Assembly: GCA_001771545.1 (NCBI GenBank)
Contig: MEUC01000005.1
Coordinates: forward strand, 2,379 to 66,378
Length of the DNA stretch: 64,000 bases
From: a candidate division WOR-1 bacterium RIFOXYB2_FULL_42_35
Lineage (GTDB): Bacteria > Margulisbacteria > WOR-1 > O2-12-FULL-45-9
Direction of reading: 5' to 3'
Below, piece after piece: positions 55,872 through 64,000 of this stretch. A program made the position numbers and the translations under genes. Numbering within the stretch: position 1 is the first letter of the stretch; the number at the start of each line of letters is the position of its first letter. Under the pieces are notes generated by a model that searched no databases, was not told the DNA's origin, and worked only from the letters and a program-made list of their open reading frames with translations.

Positions 55872-57757
55872 AACAAGCTCTCTTGCTGCTCTGATAGTTT
55901 GGGAACATTAGCCTGATCAACATGAACCCTTAGCCAATATTCCAAAACGACAAAAGACCAAATATCTATCTCGGAAACAAAATAATTCCCTTTTAAAAAC
56001 TGCTTGTGTATTTTTTTCATCCACTTATAATCAAAGAGGCCTCTTTTCTTTATCGTCTCCTCAGAAAACACGTCATCGACAAAAGATTTCAACTCGTGCT
56101 TTATCCATTTTTCAAATGGGATACCAAAAGATGCCGACGGTTTCTGCGCAAGTTCTCGAGGCAAATAAGAATCCATGGCTCTTCTTAATAAAAACTTATC
56201 CTTTTTTAGATTATTTGGTAGACATAAACACATCCGAATCATGTCCAGACTTAAAAAGGGTAAGCTCACCTCTGCTTCAAAGTGAGAAGAAACGCTATAA
56301 AATGAGGGGAGCTGCTGATTACTTTGGTAAGTCTTTAAAGTAAGATAGGTGTTCTGAGTTGAAGTCTGTCCTAAGTTCAAGCCAGCAACCATATCTCTAT
56401 ACCCCTTAGCAACTACATCTGGATCAAAACTGGCGGGGGGATCACTAAAAATCTTGTTGAGATGTTTTTCATCTATTGTTGATCCTTTCCACTTAAACAA
56501 TCCCAATTTATTGGTTAGGTAAGTATAAAAAAACAGGACCCCCTTCCGCTTCCTTGTTAAAGAGAAAGCACATAACTGGGCAAAACGATCCCTCAGAAAG
56601 GAAAGAAAACACAACCTGACTGATTTCGGCACACGCTGTGAAAAAGCAATTGATTTATCAACTCGATCAAATAGTTGCCAAGCAGAATTTAACCCAAAGA
56701 TAGAGTCCGCACCTTCACCACAAAAATACTGACTAATATTGTATTTTTTACCAAGAGAAGCAACCAAATACATCATATAACCACTATTAGCTACAGGCAG
56801 GTCAAGTCCCTTTAGGTAATCAATAAAAACATCTGAAAGTTTCTCTGCACTGAATAAAATCTCATGGTGATTTATTTTTTTATTTTCCGCCATTAATCGG
56901 CCAAAATATCGTGCCGGATCATTATCATCAAAATAAATAGTAAAACTATGCAAAGGATTTGGCGATATTTCCTTTAACAATGACGCTAAAACACACGAAT
57001 CAACACCCCCACTAAGCAAAAGCCCTAACGGCCGGCTATCGTCATCAATATTATCTTGAAGATTTTTTTTCAAGATATCCAACATTTTTAGGCTCAGAGT
57101 TTCTACTTTCTCTTCCTCAACTATCTGAGCAAACAATAAACGTAGATCCCAAAAGGAATATACTCTTGTCACCCCAGAAGCATATTTAAAAACTTGGGCA
57201 GGAAGAAGGCTGCGTATTCCTTTTATAGGGGTCAGGGGTTGTTCAAAGGCTTTCATAAGCAAATATGAATATATTGCTTCCACATCCAACACTTTATCTA
57301 CCAAATTAGTTCTTAATATCAGCTTCAAACTATTAGCTAAACAGATTACCTCTCGATCACAAAAATAATAAATAGCACACTGTCCAATTTTATCTCTGGC
57401 AGCAAAAATAACCTCGCGATGCAAAAGCACAAAGCTGAACACACCCTCAAAATGTTCCACACATTTCTCCCCATAGACCCGATAAGCATCAATAATAAGC
57501 TCTCCATCACAACTCGCACGAGAAATGACTCCTTTGGCCGCTAACTGTTGCTTTAGCTTCTCTTTACTGTAAATGCGTGCATGATAGAAAACCATATATT
57601 GCTCACTACTATCTGAAGAAAAAAAATAATTAGATTGGTCGGCAAAAGCCAGTAGCTCTTTATTACCATCAAAATCAATCCTTTTAATTAAAGCCATCCC
57701 CATATTGTCAGCAACAAAAGGCACCACTTTGGGTTTTAAGCAAATCAGATAGCTCAT
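55868..57757 (-). CDS. Asparagine-synthetase-like ATP-dependent amide ligase lacking the N-terminal Cys
   Basis: FEGVFSF, ARDKIG, LLSGGVDS PP-loop, GEGADSIF; start at MSYLIC (57757) just after the upstream stop. Confidence 0.8.
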   Translation of the reverse strand: MSYLICLKPKVVPFVADNMGMALIKRIDFDGNKELLAFADQSNYFFSSDSSEQYMVFYHARIYSKEKLKQQLAAKGVISRASCDGELIIDAYRVYGEKCVEHFEGVFSFVLLHREVIFAARDKIGQCAIYYFCDREVICLANSLKLILRTNLVDKVLDVEAIYSYLLMKAFEQPLTPIKGIRSLLPAQVFKYASGVTRVYSFWDLRLLFAQIVEEEKVETLSLKMLDILKKNLQDNIDDDSRPLGLLLSGGVDSCVLASLLKEISPNPLHSFTIYFDDNDPARYFGRLMAENKKINHHEILFSAEKLSDVFIDYLKGLDLPVANSGYMMYLVASLGKKYNISQYFCGEGADSIFGLNSAWQLFDRVDKSIAFSQRVPKSVRLCFLSFLRDRFAQLCAFSLTRKRKGVLFFYTYLTNKLGLFKWKGSTIDEKHLNKIFSDPPASFDPDVVAKGYRDMVAGLNLGQTSTQNTYLTLKTYQSNQQLPSFYSVSSHFEAEVSLPFLSLDMIRMCLCLPNNLKKDKFLLRRAMDSYLPRELAQKPSASFGIPFEKWIKHELKSFVDDVFSEETIKKRGLFDYKWMKKIHKQFLKGNYFVSEIDIWSFVVLEYWLRVHVDQANVPKLSEQQESLL

Positions 57758-57759
57758 CT

Positions 57760-59244
57760 TTATCTTTCTATATGCCCTCGCCAACCATCGGCTGGCACGA
57801 AACGAAGATTTTCTAGCTGTTGATATCCCCTGTTTTCCCATTCTTTAACATTAGAAACAATATCAACATTTTCCAACCAAGAAATTTCTTTCACAAAATA
57901 ATGACTATCAAGGGCATTTCTGATTGTTGGAATCTTGTCGAAATCAAACCCCATTATAAAGCTGGCAACAGCATCTAAAATAGCTGCGTTCCCTCCCCCC
58001 AACAATAAACCTGCTTTGCGAGGCACAGGTTCCAACGGACCATTCCCTTCGCCAGCCCAGATACCATCAATAATAGACAGATATTTTCTCTGGGGGTTTT
58101 CTTTTATTTCCCCTTTATTATCAGAAAATCTTAGAATCAAATTCAAATCCAGCGTAGTTCTCCAAATCGTATCATTGCCATACCAAGCCCCATCACGGTT
58201 AATTGTAAAAGCAAAAGATTTCTTCTTAAATCTGTTTTTAGTTTTTCTGATAAAAAATCGAAAAGGGACATATAAGTATTTAAGCAAAAATTGACCAAAT
58301 TTAACCCTGCTAAACAGATCTATTAAATATTGACCAAGTTTATAATCAACTCCTAACTCATCCCCAAACATATCCCCTCCATTTGCAGGAGAACCTATCC
58401 GATGATGAGGCAACCCTCTCTTCTCATTAGTTATGCCTACCATATTTTTAAGGCCCAAAGTAATCCCTGCCTTACAATGAGTTTTTAATTTGGACACACT
58501 AATAATCACATCACTTTTTAACAATGTCTTAGGGATCGAATAGATATGCTTCCCAGGCTGATGAAACTTTGGCACAAAGTTTTCATAAACCCCAGCCGTG
58601 CTTCTATATCTATTACAATGCTTATCGACAGGAGCTAAAAAACTTTTCTTTTTTAAATCTACCAACTGATAACCCAAAAAATCCCCCTGTTGCTTTCTTG
58701 AAGCAATAATTACATCGTTTTCATCTCTGAGCGCCACGAGGTCCCTAAAATCTACAGTTTCAAATTCAATTCCCGTATTATTTGAATAAAAATCTCTAAT
58801 CTTATCCAAGCCAGTAAACTCAATTAACTTAGCAAAATCCACTTCCTTGATTGGGGAATCAGCAATAATTATCCGCCCTCTCCCCTTTAAGGCAATATAA
58901 ACATAATCAACAATTGCCCTAATTAAAGATCCATGAGCAATTGTCGAAAACAAACCAATCTCACCCAAGGAATGTTCAAAAACAACCAAATTTGGTTTTA
59001 TTAACACTTGCTGTCCAGGTTGAATTAATGATCCTAAGGGGTTCCAGCCTTGTTGTCCATAATTTTCAATATCCAATTGTAACTTAGCCAAAAGTAGCCG
59101 AAACTCTTCATAACAAGAATTGTCCTGGTAAGCCCCGACATTCTTGAACGGGTACTCAGGAAACTCTTTTCCAGGATGAAAAGGCGGAACCTTAGCATAA
59201 TCCCCATCACATTTAATAATAGCAACCCTGTTTTCTATCGACAT
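57760..59244 (-). CDS. DUF362-domain protein (long form)
   Basis: VLIKPNLV, KLKTHCKAGITLGLKNMVG, WYGNDTIWRT, IIDGIWAGEGNGP. Confidence 0.88.
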   Translation of the reverse strand: MSIENRVAIIKCDGDYAKVPPFHPGKEFPEYPFKNVGAYQDNSCYEEFRLLLAKLQLDIENYGQQGWNPLGSLIQPGQQVLIKPNLVVFEHSLGEIGLFSTIAHGSLIRAIVDYVYIALKGRGRIIIADSPIKEVDFAKLIEFTGLDKIRDFYSNNTGIEFETVDFRDLVALRDENDVIIASRKQQGDFLGYQLVDLKKKSFLAPVDKHCNRYRSTAGVYENFVPKFHQPGKHIYSIPKTLLKSDVIISVSKLKTHCKAGITLGLKNMVGITNEKRGLPHHRIGSPANGGDMFGDELGVDYKLGQYLIDLFSRVKFGQFLLKYLYVPFRFFIRKTKNRFKKKSFAFTINRDGAWYGNDTIWRTTLDLNLILRFSDNKGEIKENPQRKYLSIIDGIWAGEGNGPLEPVPRKAGLLLGGGNAAILDAVASFIMGFDFDKIPTIRNALDSHYFVKEISWLENVDIVSNVKEWENRGYQQLENLRFVPADGWRGHIER

Positions 59245-59288
59245 AAGTAATAGCCCCCCTTAGTATTTGGTATTTCTTTGATTAAATT

Positions 59289-59339
59289 TCACAAAACCTC
59301 TTGATTATTAAAATTATAAATGCCAACTATGCCACACAT
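59289..59339 (-). pseudogene. 5' remnant of a glutamine-hydrolysing asparagine synthase (asnB-like)
   Basis: atg tgt ggc ata gtt ggc att tat... = MCGIVGIYNFNNQEVL*, with AAGGA RBS, overlapping the upstream stop. Confidence 0.75.
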
Positions 59340-61246
59340 ACATTTTCCTTGGCTAATTTTTCAATCAGAGCCTTCATCCGATCAATACTTCCAGATCGAA
59401 GATCGTTAACATAATTATGCAAAAACACTTGTCTGCCCTTAGCCAATCTCTCCAAAACTTCCCCATCAGCTGACAATATTTTCCATAAAGCTGCCGCAAG
59501 TTCTTGTTTGTTTTGAACTTTTAAGGCTGCCCCATCCTGAACAAAAGGCATTGAAAAGACAGCCTTAAAATAATCAAGGGAAACAACAGGCTTACCAACA
59601 ACAATTCCATCAACTGCAGTGGTCGAGCCTAAAACAAGAAGACAATCTGCAGCTTTGATCAATTCCCACATATCACAATTCGACAACAAAATAGCATTAA
59701 CATTTTTTCCCTTAATCATTAGCTTGTATTTATTATGCAAATTCTGATCAGTCATGGGATGTAATTTTACAATCAAAACAACATCTGGCATATCCCCCAC
59801 AACATCTAGCAAGTCGGAAAGCAAATACATATGCCACGGATACACTGCCAATGGCGTGAAAATATGATGATCAGGGGGAGCATATAAAATAATTTTTTGA
59901 GTGGGGCTTATGCCTAAGCATTTCAATATCTCTTCCTTCTCTCCGCTTCTTGATAATACTCTATTTAGATCATCGTAAACCATTGAACCAACAGGCTGAC
60001 ATTTATTATGATTTTCTTTATTAAGCCTTTCAAACTCATCTTTTTCTTTATGCCCCCAGGTTGCGTAAAAATCAACATGGATCATATCTGAGGAGATTTT
60101 TGAACTATTCATTATCCCATGTTGCAAAGCCAGGGAGGGAATGTCTTTCTTGCGCGCCAGATCAATTAAAATCCTCTGCTGGGTATCAACATAACTGGCT
60201 AAAACTATCACCTGGGGACTAGAAACATTTAACAAACTGTCTATCTGTTGGATTTGCTTTTTCAAAGAAACAAACCTGTTTAACATTATGTTTGCAAACA
60301 TCACCAAGACATATTTCCCCCAATTTATTCCAACAAAACAAAACTGGTCAGCAGAGACAATTTGAGATTTTACCTGCCGCCAAAGGGATTGATAGACCTG
60401 CTGCGCCACAGAGTCGTTCACTTTTGTATACCGCCGCAAACTGCAGGGCTTCAAGTTAGTGTCCCAATATTTTAAGCGTGTTTTGTAATCAAGAGGAGAA
60501 ACAGTCACCAAAACATTATAGTGAAAATTGTTTTTCAAATTTTCCAGCAGAGAAAGAGAAATCCTATGTTCTTCAACTAAAAGAGAGATACTGTCAGCCT
60601 GTTTTCTTCTAACGAGAGCTTCCCAAACGGTGCGCCCATAATCAATTAATCTGCATAATAAATATAAAGACAGTTTTTTGACTTTATCAGGCCAGCTTGT
60701 TATAAAACTCTGCTTGGGAAGTGGTAATAGCAACATTTCTCCCACAACACAACTAATTTGCTGAACACCACAAACATCTTGAAAAAGCTCAACATCCCGT
60801 GCCGTTAAAAGCAAACCAAAAACACTCTGGTAGCTTTTAGTTATCTGCCTAAAAACCACTAAATCCCTGATTAAACCAACAATCTCTAGAATTACTTCCA
60901 ACTCAAGAACCACCCCCATATTCACACCCATAACAGTGAATTGGTCAGTAAATTCGACAAACGGAGGCCGTTTAAACCAGTTTCTGGCAAAATCATAACA
61001 ATAGTTATGGGCTTTCAGCAGCTCCTGGGTATCTACACAAGCAGTATAAAAATTAAACTCTAAATCAAAATTCTTATTGTCTTTGTATTTATCTTCAAGA
61101 TATTTCAACAACAAGTGGTCGCAACAAACAATTTTGAAAGGAACCCCAACACTCAAAACCTTACCAAGTTCAGCCTCAACTTGAGCAGCATAATCTGTCG
61201 TTATATTAGGACCAATAAATATTAATTTTCTTCTATTGGTTAACAT
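59327..61246 (-). CDS. Surface-carbohydrate biosynthesis protein (GT-B / CDP-glycerol transferase-like C-terminus)
   Basis: LQHG, ILYAP, VKLHP, GSTTAVDG..GKPV. Confidence 0.65.
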   Translation of the reverse strand: MLTNRRKLIFIGPNITTDYAAQVEAELGKVLSVGVPFKIVCCDHLLLKYLEDKYKDNKNFDLEFNFYTACVDTQELLKAHNYCYDFARNWFKRPPFVEFTDQFTVMGVNMGVVLELEVILEIVGLIRDLVVFRQITKSYQSVFGLLLTARDVELFQDVCGVQQISCVVGEMLLLPLPKQSFITSWPDKVKKLSLYLLCRLIDYGRTVWEALVRRKQADSISLLVEEHRISLSLLENLKNNFHYNVLVTVSPLDYKTRLKYWDTNLKPCSLRRYTKVNDSVAQQVYQSLWRQVKSQIVSADQFCFVGINWGKYVLVMFANIMLNRFVSLKKQIQQIDSLLNVSSPQVIVLASYVDTQQRILIDLARKKDIPSLALQHGIMNSSKISSDMIHVDFYATWGHKEKDEFERLNKENHNKCQPVGSMVYDDLNRVLSRSGEKEEILKCLGISPTQKIILYAPPDHHIFTPLAVYPWHMYLLSDLLDVVGDMPDVVLIVKLHPMTDQNLHNKYKLMIKGKNVNAILLSNCDMWELIKAADCLLVLGSTTAVDGIVVGKPVVSLDYFKAVFSMPFVQDGAALKVQNKQELAAALWKILSADGEVLERLAKGRQVFLHNYVNDLRSGSIDRMKALIEKLAKENVCVA

Positions 61247-61260
61247 ACTTAACTGTTATC

Positions 61261-62730
61261 CTATGCCCCTTTCCCATTCTTTCGAAACATCACAATTAAG
61301 TTAAGCCCAATCTGCTCAGCTCTTTTAATAAAAACAACAACCAGGGGGGAAATAATTAAACTAAAAAACAATAGCTTTGAAGCAATTTGACTCCCCAAGG
61401 TAAGAAAAACCAGCTGTGGCAAAAGTAAATTATAAAAACCGACAACCATTATTACCACGTAAATCAAAGGAAAATAGATTTGATAAAGATAAAACAGCGA
61501 ACCGGAAAAAGACTTTTTCAAATACCACAAAGTAAAACCAGCATTAATGACTTTATAAGTAATAAAAGCCACGGCCGTCCCTATCGCCACACCAACTATA
61601 CCCCAACCCATTAGTATTAATAGCCAGCTAACCAACAAATTAATGGTGATCGCCAAAACCTGAATCGAGAGGTAAATAAACTGGCGGTTAATGGTGTTAA
61701 AGATATTAGCAGTCATCACACAAACCCCAATCATTAATATCAGGGCCGAAGAAACACCATTTTGATACTGCGGCAAAATAAGCTTAACTATATCACCTAA
61801 AAACATCAGTCCACCTCCCAACATAACAGCCATAATAATTGATAATAAAAGTTGTGGCTGAAGTGCATGTCGCTCCAAAGACTCGAAGGAATTATGTTTA
61901 CCATATTGCTCGTTTAACCGTGGGTAGATCACATTGCCAATGGAGGAAGGGATCATTTGCATAAAACCAACTACCATCAAACCAAGGCCATAATAGCCCA
62001 ATTGGGTTAAATCTAAAAATTTTAAAATCAAAACACGATCAACAGTAGTCAAAATTAAAAAGGCAAAACCAACCAACATTATAGGGAAACCAACCTTAAT
62101 CAAACCCCAAATTTGTTTAAGGGAATATTCCCAGTGAAATCTAAGCTTGGAAAAAAACAAGGTTAAACAAACCATAATTACCTGAAAACACAACAAAGCC
62201 CACAAATGGCCGTAGATTTGAAACTTGATCACTAAAATAATATCAATAACAAAAAATATTATTGATCCGGTAATCGTTAATATAGAGACTAACACAAAGC
62301 GCTTATAGGATTCCAAGACACGAAACAAAAGAGCATAAATCATACCAACAAAAACAGTCATACTAGATATCCTTAGGGCAAAAGCTAGCAATGTATCATG
62401 AGCGAAAAAAGAATAAATAAAAATCCCCAGAGAAACCAATAATGGCAAGGTAAACATTTGGCTAAAGGCCAGGTTTTTAATCTGTTCAGCTTTCTTTTCC
62501 TCTCCCTTGCCTATATACAAAGGAATATCCCTTGACATGCCATTTTGCGTACCCAGAGTAGAAAACTGATGATACTGTTGGATTAATTCTACTGCCTTCC
62601 AAAAACCAAAATTAGTGGGGCCCAAAAAACGGGCAACAATAATTCCCCGAACAAAACTAAAAACAAAAGAAAAAATCGAGCTAAAATAAACACTCAACGC
62701 ATCAATAACTGTAGCTTTTTTTTCACTCAT
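61261..62730 (-). CDS. wzx: Wzx-type polysaccharide flippase
   Basis: ARFLGPTNFG, VDRVLI, LGYYGLG, WGIVGVAIGT; 12-14 TM. Confidence 0.85.
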   Translation of the reverse strand: MSEKKATVIDALSVYFSSIFSFVFSFVRGIIVARFLGPTNFGFWKAVELIQQYHQFSTLGTQNGMSRDIPLYIGKGEEKKAEQIKNLAFSQMFTLPLLVSLGIFIYSFFAHDTLLAFALRISSMTVFVGMIYALLFRVLESYKRFVLVSILTITGSIIFFVIDIILVIKFQIYGHLWALLCFQVIMVCLTLFFSKLRFHWEYSLKQIWGLIKVGFPIMLVGFAFLILTTVDRVLILKFLDLTQLGYYGLGLMVVGFMQMIPSSIGNVIYPRLNEQYGKHNSFESLERHALQPQLLLSIIMAVMLGGGLMFLGDIVKLILPQYQNGVSSALILMIGVCVMTANIFNTINRQFIYLSIQVLAITINLLVSWLLILMGWGIVGVAIGTAVAFITYKVINAGFTLWYLKKSFSGSLFYLYQIYFPLIYVVIMVVGFYNLLLPQLVFLTLGSQIASKLLFFSLIISPLVVVFIKRAEQIGLNLIVMFRKNGKGA

Positions 62731-64000
62731 TTTTTAAGGTTCCCAACTGGCCTAAGAATATATTTAGAGATAATTCTCTGCTCTTTATCGTTTTCTACAA
62801 ATGTCTCATCCAATTCCTGGGCCGAGTACTGCAAACGCAGAAAATACTGGTCCCCACCCATAGGAACATAATAAACAGAAGGAATTAAGGCTGACTCGGA
62901 CTGATCGTGACTGATCAACAACTGCTTCTGTCTATCACCAACAACAACCAAGCCCTGGGTTGCGCCTAAACCATGTTTAGCTGATATTAGAGCAGATAAG
63001 CTTTGCGCATGATTGATTAGTTGATCTTCAAGCGGAAAAACTTCTAGTTCATTTCCGCCATTATGAGTAGCAAAGAAAACACTCTCTCGCTCAAAACCAG
63101 TAGGCAAGAAAGTTAAATTAAGGGGATGAATAATTCTTCGTTTTCTTCCTTGCAACAAAACTAACTCTGTATTAATTTTCAACTCTTCAGTATCTGCACA
63201 ATATTGATATTCTTTCTTAATTATTCCCCCATTAAAATCATGAGAAAAGCTGATTCGGAGCACTTGATTAGTTTCCTGAACAATAAGAGGCTGGCAACAA
63301 ACCAAATCAGTAATCTTATGCTGGCCTTCTTTCTCAATAATCAAATGGCCAGAGAAGAAATCAGCCCCAAAGGAGATATCATCATAATATCCATGGGGCA
63401 AGGTTCCTAATAATGGTTTTGAGAAAACATTCTTAAACCAAAGTTTATCGATTGCTAACCCCTTTAATTTATTAAAAATACATTTAATTGTTTTCGATTC
63501 AACAATCAACCAACGGTCATCCTCATGATATTGAAAAGCAGCCTTGTCCATCTGTTTAACAGACAGAATTTGTGTCGCCAAAGATAAAGGCCTTGGCTTA
63601 ACTACTTTTTTGTAGCAACAATCTAACCTCTCTTGATACTTCTGCCATCTTTTTTCCCCAATATGCGTCCTAAAATCACTTGACCATAAATAGCAAAGTT
63701 CTTGCCAGTCTTGGGCGGTAGTATTTTTCAGCCGTTCTAATGTTGCATAGATCTCAAAACATTTGGTATTAATTTCCAAATCTGCTCGCCCTGTTAATGC
63801 CCAGCGATTGATATTGTATTTTTCCTGTTTTTTAACCGGGATAGGCTGCTGGGCAGATTCAAGTCGGATTACATTGCCAGCAAATTCATGTCCCAAAGAA
63901 AACAAAATTTGCGATGGTAAAACCAAGCTAAAATTACTATCAGCTCCCAACTTTTCAAACAAAGCAAAAATACGCTGCCATTCTTTTTTCGTTCCCAACA
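62727..64000 (-). CDS. Hypothetical protein, 5'-truncated by the window edge
   Basis: Open frame of more than 420 codons ending in an overlap with the wzx start. Confidence 0.7.
   Translation of the reverse strand, partial: LGTKKEWQRIFALFEKLGADSNFSLVLPSQILFSLGHEFAGNVIRLESAQQPIPVKKQEKYNINRWALTGRADLEINTKCFEIYATLERLKNTTAQDWQELCYLWSSDFRTHIGEKRWQKYQERLDCCYKKVVKPRPLSLATQILSVKQMDKAAFQYHEDDRWLIVESKTIKCIFNKLKGLAIDKLWFKNVFSKPLLGTLPHGYYDDISFGADFFSGHLIIEKEGQHKITDLVCCQPLIVQETNQVLRISFSHDFNGGIIKKEYQYCADTEELKINTELVLLQGRKRRIIHPLNLTFLPTGFERESVFFATHNGGNELEVFPLEDQLINHAQSLSALISAKHGLGATQGLVVVGDRQKQLLISHDQSESALIPSVYYVPMGGDQYFLRLQYSAQELDETFVENDKEQRIISKYILRPVGNLKK

Overview
A 64 kb chromosomal segment of an AT-rich, probably diderm bacterium (it encodes outer-membrane proteins, ADP-heptose epimerase and Wzx/Wzy-type polysaccharide genes); I cannot determine the lineage. 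From left to right it holds: a partial secreted L,D-transpeptidase-like gene, an OMP-like gene, a deoxyhypusine-synthase/hldD/epimerase/oxidase operon, an internally deleted antiporter pseudogene, carA and carB split by two inserted genes (TIR-wHTH, four-helix bundle), UPF0182, an MFS, a 9-gene Mbh/Mrp-type antiporter module, a LOG protein, a radical SAM, HK/RR, tRNA-Glu(CTC), a trehalose cluster (otsA-otsB-DUF5752-treT) and a >31 kb surface-polysaccharide locus running off the right edge. The most unusual structure is at 40.5-45.2 kb. Four toxin-antitoxin modules are stacked behind a DUF362 gene and separated by three synonymously recoded copies of that gene's own 3' end, and the intact gene is fused in frame to a HEPN remnant. 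This looks like a cassette array that uses a protein-coding gene end as its insertion site, with no integrase in the window. A second unusual structure is the carA-carB insertion, bounded by heptamer arrays with covarying C-GNA-G triloop hairpins in inverted and direct orientation. One copy of that array is embedded in frame in carA, and other heptamer arrays sit in protein linkers. Functional calls rest on motif recognition only; no database searches were run.
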